A stretch of DNA of 64,000 nt from Candidatus Nanopelagicales bacterium. Lineage in GTDB: Bacteria > Actinomycetota > Actinomycetes > S36-B12 > CAIYMF01. The notes below the pieces were generated by a model, which was not told the DNA's origin, did no database searches, and saw only the letters and a list, made by a program, of their open reading frames with translations. Position numbers and translations under genes: made by a program. Location of the stretch: positions 25,335 through 89,334 of the forward strand of contig JBBQAY010000003.1 of assembly GCA_038316965.1 (NCBI GenBank). Reading direction: 5' to 3'. This document shows positions 28,270 through 38,157 of the stretch, in pieces. Every line of letters starts with the position of its first letter. The stretch's first letter is position 1.

Positions 28270-30387
28270 GTGAACGTTCCAACCGGCCATCTCGCATCTC
28301 GAGGCCGTGCCCTCCTGGTGCTGCTGGCGGTCCTCGTCGTCGTCGGCGCGGTCTTCGCCATCCCCACGCCCACGAAGGTGTCTCCGCTAGTGGCCTCGGG
28401 GCTTCCGGCGTCGTACCAGTCGACCGAGGCGCAGCTCCGCCAGGACCAGCTGCCCGAGGAGGGCGTCGCTCCTGCCCTCGTGGTGGTGAGCCGGGAGGAC
28501 GGCGGCGTGCTCACAGACGCCGACAAGGCCGCGGTCGACGCGCTTGCCGAGCGGGTCGCGCCGCTCGCCGTGGCGGGCCCGCCAGGGCCGCCCGTCGCGC
28601 CCACGTACTCCGAGGACGGCACCGTCGCGATCGTGCCCGTGCCGGTCGACACCTCGGTCGACATCCTCGAGGTGGCCGACGCCGTCACGGAGATCCGTGA
28701 CGTGGCGCAGCAGGACGTGCCGGCAGGCCTCGTCGTGCAGGTGACCGGCGGGCCGGCGTTCCTGGCCGACATCGCCGCCGTCTTCGACGGTGCCAACGTC
28801 ACGCTGCTCGCGGCGACCGCCGCGGTGGTCGCCGTGCTCCTGCTCATCACCTACCGCAGCCCGTGGCTCTGGATCGTGCCGCTGTTCGTGGTCGGCATCG
28901 CCGAGCAGCTCGTGACCAAGCTGGTCGCCCTCCTCGCGCCCCAGTTCGGCATCGTGGTCGACGAGTCGGCAGTGGGCATCACGAGCGTGCTGGTGTTCGG
29001 CGCCGCGACCGACTACGCACTGCTGCTCATCGCCCGCTATCGCGACCGGCTGCGCACCGACGAGAGCCGCTTCGACGCCATGCGTTTCGCGGTCCGGCGT
29101 ACGGCCGAGCCCATCCTCGCGTCGGCGGCCACGGTCACCCTCGCGCTCCTCACGCTGCTGCTGGCGCAGCAGGAGACGCTGCGCGGGCTCGGCTTCTCCG
29201 CGGCAATCGGCGTCGTGGTCGCCGCGACCACGGGCCTGCTCGTGCTCCCGGCAGCCATGGTCGTCTTCGGGCGTGGACTCTTCTGGCCGTTCGTCCCGCG
29301 CGTCGGCGACGCCGCCCGCGAGGGCAAGGTCTGGGGTCGGATCGGCGAGGCGGTCAAGCGCCGTCCCCACGTCGTCGGCATCGGTGCGACGGTCTTCCTC
29401 CTCGTCCTCTCGCTCGGGTCCATCGGCATCTCGGTCGGGCTGAGCCAGAACGAGATCTTCCGCGTGAAGCCCGAGGCGGTCGCAGGCCAGGAGACGCTGG
29501 CGAAGGCGTTCCCCGCAGGGGCGACCGAGCCCGTGGCGGTCATGACCAACCCCGGCTCGGTCGATGCTGTCGTCGCCGCGGTCGAGACGGTGGACGGCGT
29601 GGTCTCGGTGGCCCCTGGCCGTGCCGACGGCGACATCGCCCAGGTCGACGTCATCCTCGACTCGGATCCGGGCAGCGCCGAGTCTTTCGACCAGGTCAGG
29701 GCGATCCGCGACGCGGTTGCCGGCGTGGACGGCGCCGACGCCGTCGTGGGCGGCTCCACAGCGACCTTGCTCGACTCGAACGAAGCCGCGATGCGCGATG
29801 CGACGGTGATCATCCCGATCGTGCTCGTGCTCGTCCTGCTGGTGCTCGTGCTGCTCCTGCGGTCGTTGCTGGCTCCGCTGCTGCTCGTGGGCACGGTGCT
29901 GCTCACGTTCTTCGCGGCGCTCGGCACGTCGTGGCTGATCTTCGACAACGTGCTCGGCTACCCGGCGCTCGACAACGGCGTGCTGCTGCTGTCGTTCCTG
30001 TTCCTCGTCGCTCTGGGCGTCGACTACAACATCTTCCTCGCCACCCGGGCGAGGGAGGAGGCGCTGACCAGCGACACCCGCAGCGGGATGCTGACTGCCC
30101 TCAAGGCGACGGGCGGCGTCATCACGAGCGCGGGCATCCTGCTCGCGGCCGTGTTCGCCGTGCTCGGGGTCCTGCCGCTCATCGCACTGGCGCAGATCGG
30201 CATCATCGTCGGGGTCGGCGTCCTGCTCGACACCCTGCTCGTGCGCACCGTGCTCGTCCCGGCCCTCGCCTTCGTGTTCGGCGAGACCTTCTGGTGGCCC
30301 GCCAAGGTCGACGGTCTCGAGCTCTCCAGCGGAGGTGAGGGCGACGGCGACGTCGACCTCGCGGAGTCCGCACCTGTCACGACCTGA
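28270..30387 (+). CDS. MMPL family transporter
   Basis: GAATDYALLL and ALGVDYNIFL motifs; two TM repeats. Confidence 0.92.
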   Translation: MNVPTGHLASRGRALLVLLAVLVVVGAVFAIPTPTKVSPLVASGLPASYQSTEAQLRQDQLPEEGVAPALVVVSREDGGVLTDADKAAVDALAERVAPLAVAGPPGPPVAPTYSEDGTVAIVPVPVDTSVDILEVADAVTEIRDVAQQDVPAGLVVQVTGGPAFLADIAAVFDGANVTLLAATAAVVAVLLLITYRSPWLWIVPLFVVGIAEQLVTKLVALLAPQFGIVVDESAVGITSVLVFGAATDYALLLIARYRDRLRTDESRFDAMRFAVRRTAEPILASAATVTLALLTLLLAQQETLRGLGFSAAIGVVVAATTGLLVLPAAMVVFGRGLFWPFVPRVGDAAREGKVWGRIGEAVKRRPHVVGIGATVFLLVLSLGSIGISVGLSQNEIFRVKPEAVAGQETLAKAFPAGATEPVAVMTNPGSVDAVVAAVETVDGVVSVAPGRADGDIAQVDVILDSDPGSAESFDQVRAIRDAVAGVDGADAVVGGSTATLLDSNEAAMRDATVIIPIVLVLVLLVLVLLLRSLLAPLLLVGTVLLTFFAALGTSWLIFDNVLGYPALDNGVLLLSFLFLVALGVDYNIFLATRAREEALTSDTRSGMLTALKATGGVITSAGILLAAVFAVLGVLPLIALAQIGIIVGVGVLLDTLLVRTVLVPALAFVFGETFWWPAKVDGLELSSGGEGDGDVDLAESAPVTT

Positions 30388-30391
30388 TCGA

Positions 30392-30435
30392 CGACGAAGG
30401 CCCGCCACCGCTGCCGCGGTGGCGGGCCTTCGTCG
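30392..30435. terminator. Bidirectional terminator hairpin
   Basis: Perfect 20-bp stem CGACGAAGGCCCGCCACCGC with 4-nt loop between convergent genes. Confidence 0.8.
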
Positions 30436-30455
30436 CGTGGTGGGGCTGCGGACCG

Positions 30456-32000
30456 TCAGCCCTGGTCCTTGAGGAGTCGGCGCAGGATCTTGCCCGACGC
30501 CGACTTCGGGATCGCGTCGGTCACGACGACCTTGCGGATCTGCTTGTAGTGCGCGACGCGCTCGGCGACGTACGCCATGACCTCGTGCGGGTCGAGCTCG
30601 ACGCCGGGGCGTGGCACTACGTGGGCCACCGGGATCTCGCCGTGCTCCTCGTCCGGAAGCCCGACCACAGCGGCGTCCGCGATTCCGGGGTGGGTGAGCA
30701 GCAGAGCCTCGAGCTCGGCGGGCGGCACCTGGAAGCCGCTGTACTTGATGAGCTCCTTGAGCCGGTCGACGATCCAGAGGTGACCGTCGGCATCGATGTG
30801 CCCGATGTCGCCGCTGTGCAGCCAACCGTCGGGGTCGATCGTCGACGCAGTGGCCGACGGGTTGCCGAGGTAGCCGTGCATGACCTGCGGGCCCTTCACG
30901 CAGACCTCGCCGTCCTCGTCGACGCCGAGGTCCTTCCCCGTGACGGGGTCGACGATCCTCGTGAGCGTGTTCGGTGCGGTGACGCCGACCGAGCCCGGCT
31001 TGTAGTTCCCGGGCGGGGTCAGGTGCGAGACGGGCGAGAGCTCGGTCATCCCGAAGCCCTGGACGACGTCGCAGCCGAGCCGGGCCCCGGCCTCGAGCGA
31101 GAGCTCGGCCGACAGCGGAGCCGCGCCCGAGAAGACCTGGCGCAGTGCCGACAGGTCGTAGTCGTCGACCATCGGGTGCTTGGCGAGAGCGACGACGATC
31201 GGAGGGGCCACGAACGACCGGGTGATCCCGTGCTGCTGGTGCAGCGACAGGAACTGCTCGAGGTCGAACCGCGGCATCGTGATGATCGTCAGGCCCGCCC
31301 GGAGGCCGGTGTTCATGAGCACCTGCATGCCGTAGATGTGGAAGAAGGGCAGGACGGCGATGAACTTCTCGTCCTCGCGGATGTCGGCGGCCGAGAGCAC
31401 CTGGGCGACGTTGGCGACCAGGTTGCCGTGGCTGAGCATCACGCCCTTGTTCACGCCGGTGGTCCCCGACGAGTACGGCAGGACGACGAGCGTGTCGGAC
31501 GTGACCGGCACCTGCTCGGCCAGCGGGGCGCCGAACAGCGCCGTGACGGGGGTGGCGCCCTCGGCCTCGCCGAGGACGAAGATCTCCGTGACGGCCGTGC
31601 CCGCGGCTCCCTTGGTGGCGACCTCGAGGAACATCGGGATCGTCACGAGGATCGTCGCCCTGGAGTCGATCAGCTGCTTGTTGACCTCGTACTCGGTGTA
31701 CGTCGGGTTGATGGTGGTGATGACGCCGCCGGCCATCGCGACGCCGTGGAAGACCACGGCGTACTCGGGGATGTTGGGCGACATGAGGGCCAGGCACTCA
31801 CCCGGTGCGAAGCCGCGTGCGACGAGGCCGCCGGCCAGCATCCTCACGGCCGTGTCGAGCCCGGCGTAGGTGATGGTGCGGCCGGTGGGCCCGTCGATGA
31901 GGGCGGGCTTGTCACCGAGCTCGGCGGCGCGGGCGAGCGTGTACTCGGTCAGGGGGAGATCGGGGATGTCGATGTCGGGCAGGGGCGAGGTGAACACCAT
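30456..32000 (-). CDS. 4-coumarate-CoA-ligase-like acyl-CoA synthetase
   Basis: PYSSGTTGVNKG, QGFGMTE, SGDIG, PKSASGKILR. Confidence 0.88.
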   Translation of the reverse strand: MVFTSPLPDIDIPDLPLTEYTLARAAELGDKPALIDGPTGRTITYAGLDTAVRMLAGGLVARGFAPGECLALMSPNIPEYAVVFHGVAMAGGVITTINPTYTEYEVNKQLIDSRATILVTIPMFLEVATKGAAGTAVTEIFVLGEAEGATPVTALFGAPLAEQVPVTSDTLVVLPYSSGTTGVNKGVMLSHGNLVANVAQVLSAADIREDEKFIAVLPFFHIYGMQVLMNTGLRAGLTIITMPRFDLEQFLSLHQQHGITRSFVAPPIVVALAKHPMVDDYDLSALRQVFSGAAPLSAELSLEAGARLGCDVVQGFGMTELSPVSHLTPPGNYKPGSVGVTAPNTLTRIVDPVTGKDLGVDEDGEVCVKGPQVMHGYLGNPSATASTIDPDGWLHSGDIGHIDADGHLWIVDRLKELIKYSGFQVPPAELEALLLTHPGIADAAVVGLPDEEHGEIPVAHVVPRPGVELDPHEVMAYVAERVAHYKQIRKVVVTDAIPKSASGKILRRLLKDQG

Positions 32001-32108
32001 GGCGGGCTCCGGTCCGGTGGGGCTGCTGGGTGAGGCGAAGCATGCCGCGACCCGGACGATCCCGCAGCGGAAAGACCCAGCCGGACTCCTCGGGGTCGGC
32101 CGGACGGG

Positions 32109-32765
32109 TCAGGCAGACGCCTCGATCGGGCTCAGGGCGCAGGCGCACCCTGCGGGCGAAGCGCAGGAGTAGCACGCCTGCTCGGCGCGCACCGCGAGCC
32201 GGGCGAGCACCAGCGAGGCGCCCACGACGGCGATGGCGGCGTACACCAGGTAGGCCGGCACGTCGGCGAGGACGCCGTACACCGTGCAGACCCCGGCCTC
32301 CACGAGCAGCAGCACCCAGGCGCCCGGCGCGATGCCGGACACGTCCGTGCTTCGCCACGCCGTCCAGGCTGCGGGGGCGACGTACCAGAGGATCGAGCAC
32401 CCGAGGAGAAGGGTGAGGGGAGCAGCACTGACCGGGACGACACCGGCCGCGACGGCGATCGTGGCGATCCACGCCCAGGTCATCCAGAGGCCCTCGCGCG
32501 AGGCGTGGCTCCGCAGGAGCACCACCAGCGCAGCGGCGAGGCCGGGGATGGCCGCCCCTGAGGTGAGGACGACCCAGATGTCGTGCAGCCACCAGCCGTA
32601 CAGGACCCAGGCGAACGCCGACACCAGGGCGCAGCTGATGCTGGGCACCGAGACTCCCGACACGACACCGGTGCGCCGAACCTTCAGCCACTGGGGCACG
32701 CCGTACCCGAGGGCCAGCAGGGTGGTGAGGACGCCGAAGACCGTGACGAGCGTGTCGTGCTGCAC
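32109..32765 (-). CDS. PQ-loop/SemiSWEET-like double-repeat membrane protein with Cys-rich tail
   Basis: VPQWLKVRRT...SGVS and APAAW.AWRS.D.SGIA repeats; GGAGG RBS. Confidence 0.65.
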   Translation of the reverse strand: MQHDTLVTVFGVLTTLLALGYGVPQWLKVRRTGVVSGVSVPSISCALVSAFAWVLYGWWLHDIWVVLTSGAAIPGLAAALVVLLRSHASREGLWMTWAWIATIAVAAGVVPVSAAPLTLLLGCSILWYVAPAAWTAWRSTDVSGIAPGAWVLLLVEAGVCTVYGVLADVPAYLVYAAIAVVGASLVLARLAVRAEQACYSCASPAGCACALSPIEASA

Positions 32766-32994
32766 GGCCGGGCCTCCTGGGTCGTCCGGCGGCGACCGGT
32801 GTCGTACTGCGCTACTGACTCGCCAGTCAGGAGTGGCGAGGATAGCGGGGGTCGGCGGCCATCCGCGAATCCGTTCAGACGGACGGAGGAGGGCGCGACG
32901 GCGCGCGTGGGCCGATCTGTCGCGTCCGGACGCGGGTTCGTGGCAGCGTGGCCCCGACACCGCACCGACCCGGGGCGGCAGCGCAGGAGGACCC

Positions 32995-34218
32995 GTGAGC
33001 CGCACCGACGACGCCATTGCCTTCGAGCACGAGCACTGCGCGCACAACTACCACCCTCTCCCGGTCGTCATCACCGAGGCGGAGGGCGCGTGGGTCACCG
33101 ACATCGAGGGCCGCCGCTACCTCGACATGCTGTCGGCGTACAGCGCCATCAACTTCGGCCACGGCCACCCCGACCTCGTCGCCGCCGCAGAGGATCAGCT
33201 GCATCGGCTCACACTGACGAGCCGCGCGTTCCACAACGACAAGCTCGGCGTCTTCTGCGCCGACCTCGCCCGGCTCGCCCGGCACGACGCCGTGCTCCCG
33301 ATGAACAGCGGCGCCGAGGGAGTCGAGACGGCGCTCAAGGTCGCGCGCAAGTGGGGCTACCAGAAGAAGGGCGTGGCTCACGACCGCGCGCAGATCATCG
33401 TCTGCGACGGCAACTTCCACGGCCGCACGACGACGATCGTGTCGTTCTCCGACGACCCGGTGGCGCGCGACGACTACGGCCCGTACACCCCCGGGTTCAC
33501 CGCTGTGCCCTACGGCGACATCGATGCGCTCGCTGCGGCGATCACCGACGACACAGTCGCGTTCCTGGTCGAGCCGATCCAGGGCGAGGCAGGCGTCATC
33601 CTGCCGCCGACCGGCTACCTCGAGGGAGTCCGCGACCTCTGCACCTCGCGCAACGTGCTGATGATCGCGGACGAGATCCAGGCGGGTATGGGCCGCGCCG
33701 GCGCGACCTTCGCCTGCGACCTCGTCGGCGTGCAGCCCGACATCCGCATCCTCGGCAAGGCCCTCGGTGGCGGCATCCTTCCGGTGTCGGCGATCACGGC
33801 CGACTGGGACGTGCTGGGCGTCATCAGGCCGGGGGAGCACGGCAGCACGTTCGGCGGCAACCCGATGGCCGCGGCGGTAGGCATCGCGGTCGTGAAGCTG
33901 CTCGAGACCGGGGTGATGCAGGAGCGATCGCTTCGTCTGGGCGAGCACGTCCTCGCCACCCTGCGTGGCGCAGCACTACCCGGCATCAAGGAGATCCGTG
34001 GCAGCGGGCTCTGGTGGGCAGTGGAGCTCGACGGCACCGCCCGCACCGGGCGCGAGGTGAGCCTCGAGCTCCTCGCGCGGGGCATCCTCGCCAAGGACAC
34101 CCACACCTGGACGATCCGCTTCGCGCCGCCCCTGGTGGTCTCGGAGGCCGATCTCGACGCCGCCCTCGCGACGATCATCTCCGTCCTCGGCGACTCGGCC
34201 GCCGACACCACACCCTGA
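32995..34218 (+). CDS. rocD: Ornithine-oxo-acid aminotransferase
   Basis: AHNYHPLPVV, SAYSA, EPIQGEAG, DEIQ, GKALGGG, PGEHGSTFGGNP. Confidence 0.93.
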   Translation: MSRTDDAIAFEHEHCAHNYHPLPVVITEAEGAWVTDIEGRRYLDMLSAYSAINFGHGHPDLVAAAEDQLHRLTLTSRAFHNDKLGVFCADLARLARHDAVLPMNSGAEGVETALKVARKWGYQKKGVAHDRAQIIVCDGNFHGRTTTIVSFSDDPVARDDYGPYTPGFTAVPYGDIDALAAAITDDTVAFLVEPIQGEAGVILPPTGYLEGVRDLCTSRNVLMIADEIQAGMGRAGATFACDLVGVQPDIRILGKALGGGILPVSAITADWDVLGVIRPGEHGSTFGGNPMAAAVGIAVVKLLETGVMQERSLRLGEHVLATLRGAALPGIKEIRGSGLWWAVELDGTARTGREVSLELLARGILAKDTHTWTIRFAPPLVVSEADLDAALATIISVLGDSAADTTP

Positions 34219-34299
34219 CCTGATCGGCGCGCGGGGGGCGACCCTCGTCCGAAATCGGGGTGCGCAGTCGCGTGACTCGACGTACCTTCGGCGTACACG

Positions 34300-34492
34300 T
34301 GAGAGGAGGTGGTCCGTTTCATGCATGCACATCGGACTCGTGAGGTGGCTGCCCGATAGCCAGGACAGCCTGCTGACCGCGAGGTCGCGCCATCCCGGTA
34401 GCGACTCCACGGCAGTCACCGAGGCCCCCGGGTGCCGGCTCGTCCAGCCGGCCGTCGCGCACTCCAGCGCGACGCCAGCCCGGGGGTCTTTC
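34300..34492 (+). ncRNA. Candidate structured small RNA containing a 12-aa sORF
   Basis: Between convergent genes; AGGAGGT plus ORF 34321-34359 (MHAHRTREVAAR); several nested stems ending in TCTTT. Confidence 0.5.
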
Positions 34493-34507
34493 CGTGCCCG
34501 CCCGGTC

Positions 34508-35473
34508 TCAGCGGGCGGTGGACCAGAGCTTCGCTGCGACGAGCTCGGCCATGAGCACCTCCGTCAGCAGGCGGACGTCGTCGTCGGTGTCGCCTTCGTA
34601 CCGCAGCGAGTACGCCGCCCCCTCGACGTCGCCGCCGAGGGCCACGACCGTCGACCCGCGCTCGGCGCACCAACGCAGGAGCTCGTCCTCCCACCGCGAG
34701 CCGGCGAGCAGCAGCAGGCGGTAGTCGGTGGTCTTGGTGAGGTAGACGTCGACGTGGCTCCAGTCGCCGGTCTCGTGAGCGTGGGCGACCCTGCGCGGGC
34801 CCTCGCGCAGCATGAGCGCGGACTGCTGGGCCGACGACAGCCTGCTCACCGGCGCGACGACATGTGCACCGTCCGGCCCGTCGAGCAGCTCGACCACGCG
34901 AAGGAGCCACTCGGGCGCGCGTGCGGCGAGACCAGCACCGGCCTCAGCGCTGGCGCGGACGAGGTCGGGGAGGTCGCGCCCCGAGCCGACCAGGTGCCGC
35001 TCGAGAGCCAGGAGCTGGATGAGGGTGTGCTGGAACGAACGGCAGGCGACGCCGCCGCGCTCCTCACCCGCACGCATGTCGACCACGGTGGAGACCGACT
35101 GCGCCAGAGCGGATTCCGGCTTGTTGGTCAACAGCACGACCGGGGCGCGGTCGCGGTAGTGCTCCACCGCTGCGACCGTCTCGCGCGACCCGCCACCGGC
35201 GGAGACGGCCACGACCACGTCGCCCTCGCGCACCTCGGGCGGAACGTCGCTGCTCGCGATCTCGCTGACGGCGTCGAACCCCCTCGCGCGGAGCCGTGAG
35301 GAGACCGCACCGGAGGCGAACGCCGACGAGCCCATCCCGACGAAGATCACCCGCCGCACCGACGTCGGGAGGACCTCCCACGGGTCCTCGCTCGCGAGGA
35401 CGTCGGCGAGAGCCGCGAGCCGCGCGGGCTTGTCGGCAAGGTCGGCGGCGAACAGTGCGGGGTCCACGGTCAC
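34508..35473 (-). CDS. Double-SIS sugar-phosphate isomerase/deglycase-like protein (GlmS/FrlB-like)
   Basis: GMGSS, SAGGGSRET, LMLREG, ETGDWSH. Confidence 0.8.
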   Translation of the reverse strand: MTVDPALFAADLADKPARLAALADVLASEDPWEVLPTSVRRVIFVGMGSSAFASGAVSSRLRARGFDAVSEIASSDVPPEVREGDVVVAVSAGGGSRETVAAVEHYRDRAPVVLLTNKPESALAQSVSTVVDMRAGEERGGVACRSFQHTLIQLLALERHLVGSGRDLPDLVRASAEAGAGLAARAPEWLLRVVELLDGPDGAHVVAPVSRLSSAQQSALMLREGPRRVAHAHETGDWSHVDVYLTKTTDYRLLLLAGSRWEDELLRWCAERGSTVVALGGDVEGAAYSLRYEGDTDDDVRLLTEVLMAELVAAKLWSTAR

Positions 35474-36774
35474 TCCTCGTGGGACAGCAGGTCGGACAGG
35501 GCGAGGTCGGGCACGTACACCCAGTGCGGCAGATGCCGCACCGCGTAGAGGTACTCGCGGATCTCCTGGTGCAAGCGCAGCGGTGCGAGAAGGGCGTCGT
35601 CGAACAGGTCGGTGCTGCGCAGCCGAGCGAGCGTGTCGCGGTAGTCGTGCAGGAAGGCATGCTGCGACTGCGCGATCCAGGCGCGCACGATGCCGGCGTC
35701 GACGCCTTCGGTGCGGTGCAGCACGACTCGACCGACATGGTCGAGCGAGGCGAGCATCCCCGCGACGTCGAGGGCGGCAGGTCGTCGCTCGCAGCGCTCG
35801 ACCGGCGTCAGCACGGGGTTGCCGTCGAAGTCGGTGACCGCGTACGCGTGCGGGTTCCCGTGGCGCAGCACCTGCCCGACATGGAAGTCGCCGTGGACGT
35901 CGATGAGAGCCGACCCGGTGGCCGTCGCGAGGACGTCGAGCTCGGCGTCGATGCGCGACGCCCAGCCGCGCAGCCGATCCCCCTCGGCGCCGATGACGGT
36001 CGCGACGGCGACCGCGAGGTCGTTGCGGGCGTCGGCCGCCCAGCGTGACGCCTGGGCAGCGTCCGCGACGCCGCGGCCGCCTTCGGCCAGTGCGGCGTGC
36101 ATGCGGCCGGCGATCACGCCGAGCTGCATCGCTGGTGCCAGCGCGTCCTCCATCGCCAGCTCACCCCGCGCCAGCGCGCGCACGTCGTCGACCATCCAGT
36201 CCCATCCGTCGAGGGCGCCCGGGAGGAAGTCGACCACCGTCGCGAGCAGCACCTCGCGACCGTCCTGGACCCGCTCGAGCATCCCCCAGGGGCGAGGCAT
36301 GTCGAGGAAGCCCGCTTGCGCCAGCGCCGAGAGTCGTTGAGGCGCGGGCGATCCTGGCTCGCTGGCGAGGGGCAGGTGGAGCGACCACTTCACCGCCGCG
36401 CGCCCGCCCACGACAACGGTCTCGTTGGTCTGGTCGACCGTCACCCCCCGCTCGCCGGTCACGGGCTCGTGATGCCAGGTGGTGGTGCGGAACGGTCCGT
36501 CGCCGGTAGGAGATGCGAGCAGGGACACGACGCGCTCGGCGGTTCCGTCACCGGGGAGCGATCGACGTACGACCTCGCCCTCGCGCACCAGAGGAACGGT
36601 CCACCGAGTGGCGTCGCCCGTCTCGATGACGCCGACGGCGTGCCCGGCACCGAGGTCGAGAACGTCGACGAGCTGGAGTGGTCCGGTGACGTCGACGACC
36701 GCGCCGCGTGGCCGCACGGGTAGGACCAGCGACGGCGAGGCTGCCGCCACGAGGTTCGCCCACGGCGAGCTCAC
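35470..36774 (-). CDS. Maltokinase-like APH-fold sugar kinase (actinobacterial glucosamine-kinase type)
   Basis: DQTNETVVV, HGDFHVGQ, DFDGNP; GTGA overlaps on both sides. Confidence 0.78.
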   Translation of the reverse strand: MSSPWANLVAAASPSLVLPVRPRGAVVDVTGPLQLVDVLDLGAGHAVGVIETGDATRWTVPLVREGEVVRRSLPGDGTAERVVSLLASPTGDGPFRTTTWHHEPVTGERGVTVDQTNETVVVGGRAAVKWSLHLPLASEPGSPAPQRLSALAQAGFLDMPRPWGMLERVQDGREVLLATVVDFLPGALDGWDWMVDDVRALARGELAMEDALAPAMQLGVIAGRMHAALAEGGRGVADAAQASRWAADARNDLAVAVATVIGAEGDRLRGWASRIDAELDVLATATGSALIDVHGDFHVGQVLRHGNPHAYAVTDFDGNPVLTPVERCERRPAALDVAGMLASLDHVGRVVLHRTEGVDAGIVRAWIAQSQHAFLHDYRDTLARLRSTDLFDDALLAPLRLHQEIREYLYAVRHLPHWVYVPDLALSDLLSHEE

Positions 36775-38096
36775 GCGCCGGAGCCCTCCGTAGCGTCGAC
36801 GTGGGCCCGACCGACCTGCTCGATGACCTCGGCGCCGCGGCGGAGGCCGTCGCGCGAGCGCACCGCGTCGCCGACTGCGGCCACGCGGGTCCGGAGCGCG
36901 GGATCGAGCACCGTCGCGATCGCGGCGTTCATCTCGTCGTCGGTGAAGGCGTACGTCGCCAGGCGCACGCCGAAGCCGGTCTCGTCCATCCGCTGAGCGT
37001 TGTCGTACTGGTCCCAGAACAGGGGCAGCAGGATCATCGGCTTGCCGAAGTGCACGGCCTCCGTGGTCGTGTTGTTTCCGCCGTGCGTGATGACGGCGTC
37101 CACCTGGGGGATGAGCGTGGTCTGAGGCAGGAACTCGGCCCCGACCATGTTGGCCGCGAGGTCGTAGTCGGCGTGCTGCGGGCCCTTGCTCACGATGAAA
37201 CGGTGCGGCGTACGGCCGAGGACGTCGACGAGCCGCTTCATGAGGTCGACGTCGGCGCTGCCGAGCGACCCGAGGGAGAGGTAGATCAGCGCGCTGCCCT
37301 CGGGGCGATCGCGTACGGAGTCCGGGATCTCGTACTCCGCGTCGGTCTCGCGGACGCTGGAGTCCATCCGGTGCCAGGTGGAGTCGAGCGGGCGGGCGTC
37401 GGTGTAGTCGGCCTCCTGCGGGAAGACGTAGAGGTTGGCGGCGTCCGACTCGTGGATGAACTCCAGATCCGGCAGCGCGGGCGCGCCCTGCTCGAGCACC
37501 CAGGCGTTGAAGGCCTCCCACATCGGCCGGTGGGTTCGGTCGTACTCGGCCAGGAACGAGGCCCACTCGCTGCGGTCGTCGGCGGGAAGGCCGGAGTACG
37601 CCGGTGCGATGTCGGCGCCCTTGGCCTCGAGCGGGTTGCACGACATGATCCGCACGAACGGGACTCCGGCCGTGACCAGCGCGGGGAAGGCGATGACGTT
37701 GTCCTCGACGATGACGTCCGGCTTGACCCGGTCGATGATCGCCTTGAGCTGAGGCTCGCAGTAGAGGGCGCCGTCGATGAGTGCCTGCCAGGTCGGTGCC
37801 ATGAAGGTCGCGAGCTGCTCGACGGTCGGCTTGCGGAACTCGGGCGAGGTGTCGCGGATGAAGTCCTTCCAGAACTGCCCGGCGTCCTGCTCGTCGGCGT
37901 CCTCCCCGGGCGGGGCGAGGTCGACGAGGTCCTCGCCGAAGCCGAGCGCCTCGAGCTTGCCCTTCCAGGACGCCTCAGCGGCGAACACCACGGTGTGGCC
38001 GCGGCGCCGCAGGACGTCGCCGATGCCGATGCACTGGTTGGTGGGGCCATAGGCCGACTCCGGCATGAACAGGATGGTGAGCGGACGGCTGCTCAT
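36771..38096 (-). CDS. GT1 (MGT/UGT-like) glycosyltransferase
   Basis: YLSLGSLGS; FLPQ..L...D..ITHGGNNT..EA...GKP...P...DQ..NA UGT signature. Confidence 0.9.
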   Translation of the reverse strand: MSSRPLTILFMPESAYGPTNQCIGIGDVLRRRGHTVVFAAEASWKGKLEALGFGEDLVDLAPPGEDADEQDAGQFWKDFIRDTSPEFRKPTVEQLATFMAPTWQALIDGALYCEPQLKAIIDRVKPDVIVEDNVIAFPALVTAGVPFVRIMSCNPLEAKGADIAPAYSGLPADDRSEWASFLAEYDRTHRPMWEAFNAWVLEQGAPALPDLEFIHESDAANLYVFPQEADYTDARPLDSTWHRMDSSVRETDAEYEIPDSVRDRPEGSALIYLSLGSLGSADVDLMKRLVDVLGRTPHRFIVSKGPQHADYDLAANMVGAEFLPQTTLIPQVDAVITHGGNNTTTEAVHFGKPMILLPLFWDQYDNAQRMDETGFGVRLATYAFTDDEMNAAIATVLDPALRTRVAAVGDAVRSRDGLRRGAEVIEQVGRAHVDATEGSGA

Positions 38097-38157
38097 CAGT
38101 GACTCTTCCTCGGCTCGTGGTTTCGGGGGCAGGTCGTACGTCGGTGCGGTGTGGTGC

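Noticed and set aside
28387-31797. 1136-aa ORF and other long alternative-frame or antisense ORFs
   Set aside because: Shadow ORFs of high-GC coding regions (Arg/Pro/Gly-rich, no motifs) overlapping well-supported genes
34410-34492. SAM-IV riboswitch (GAGGCCCC similarity)
   Set aside because: Lacks the GGCAACC core and has no co-oriented downstream gene
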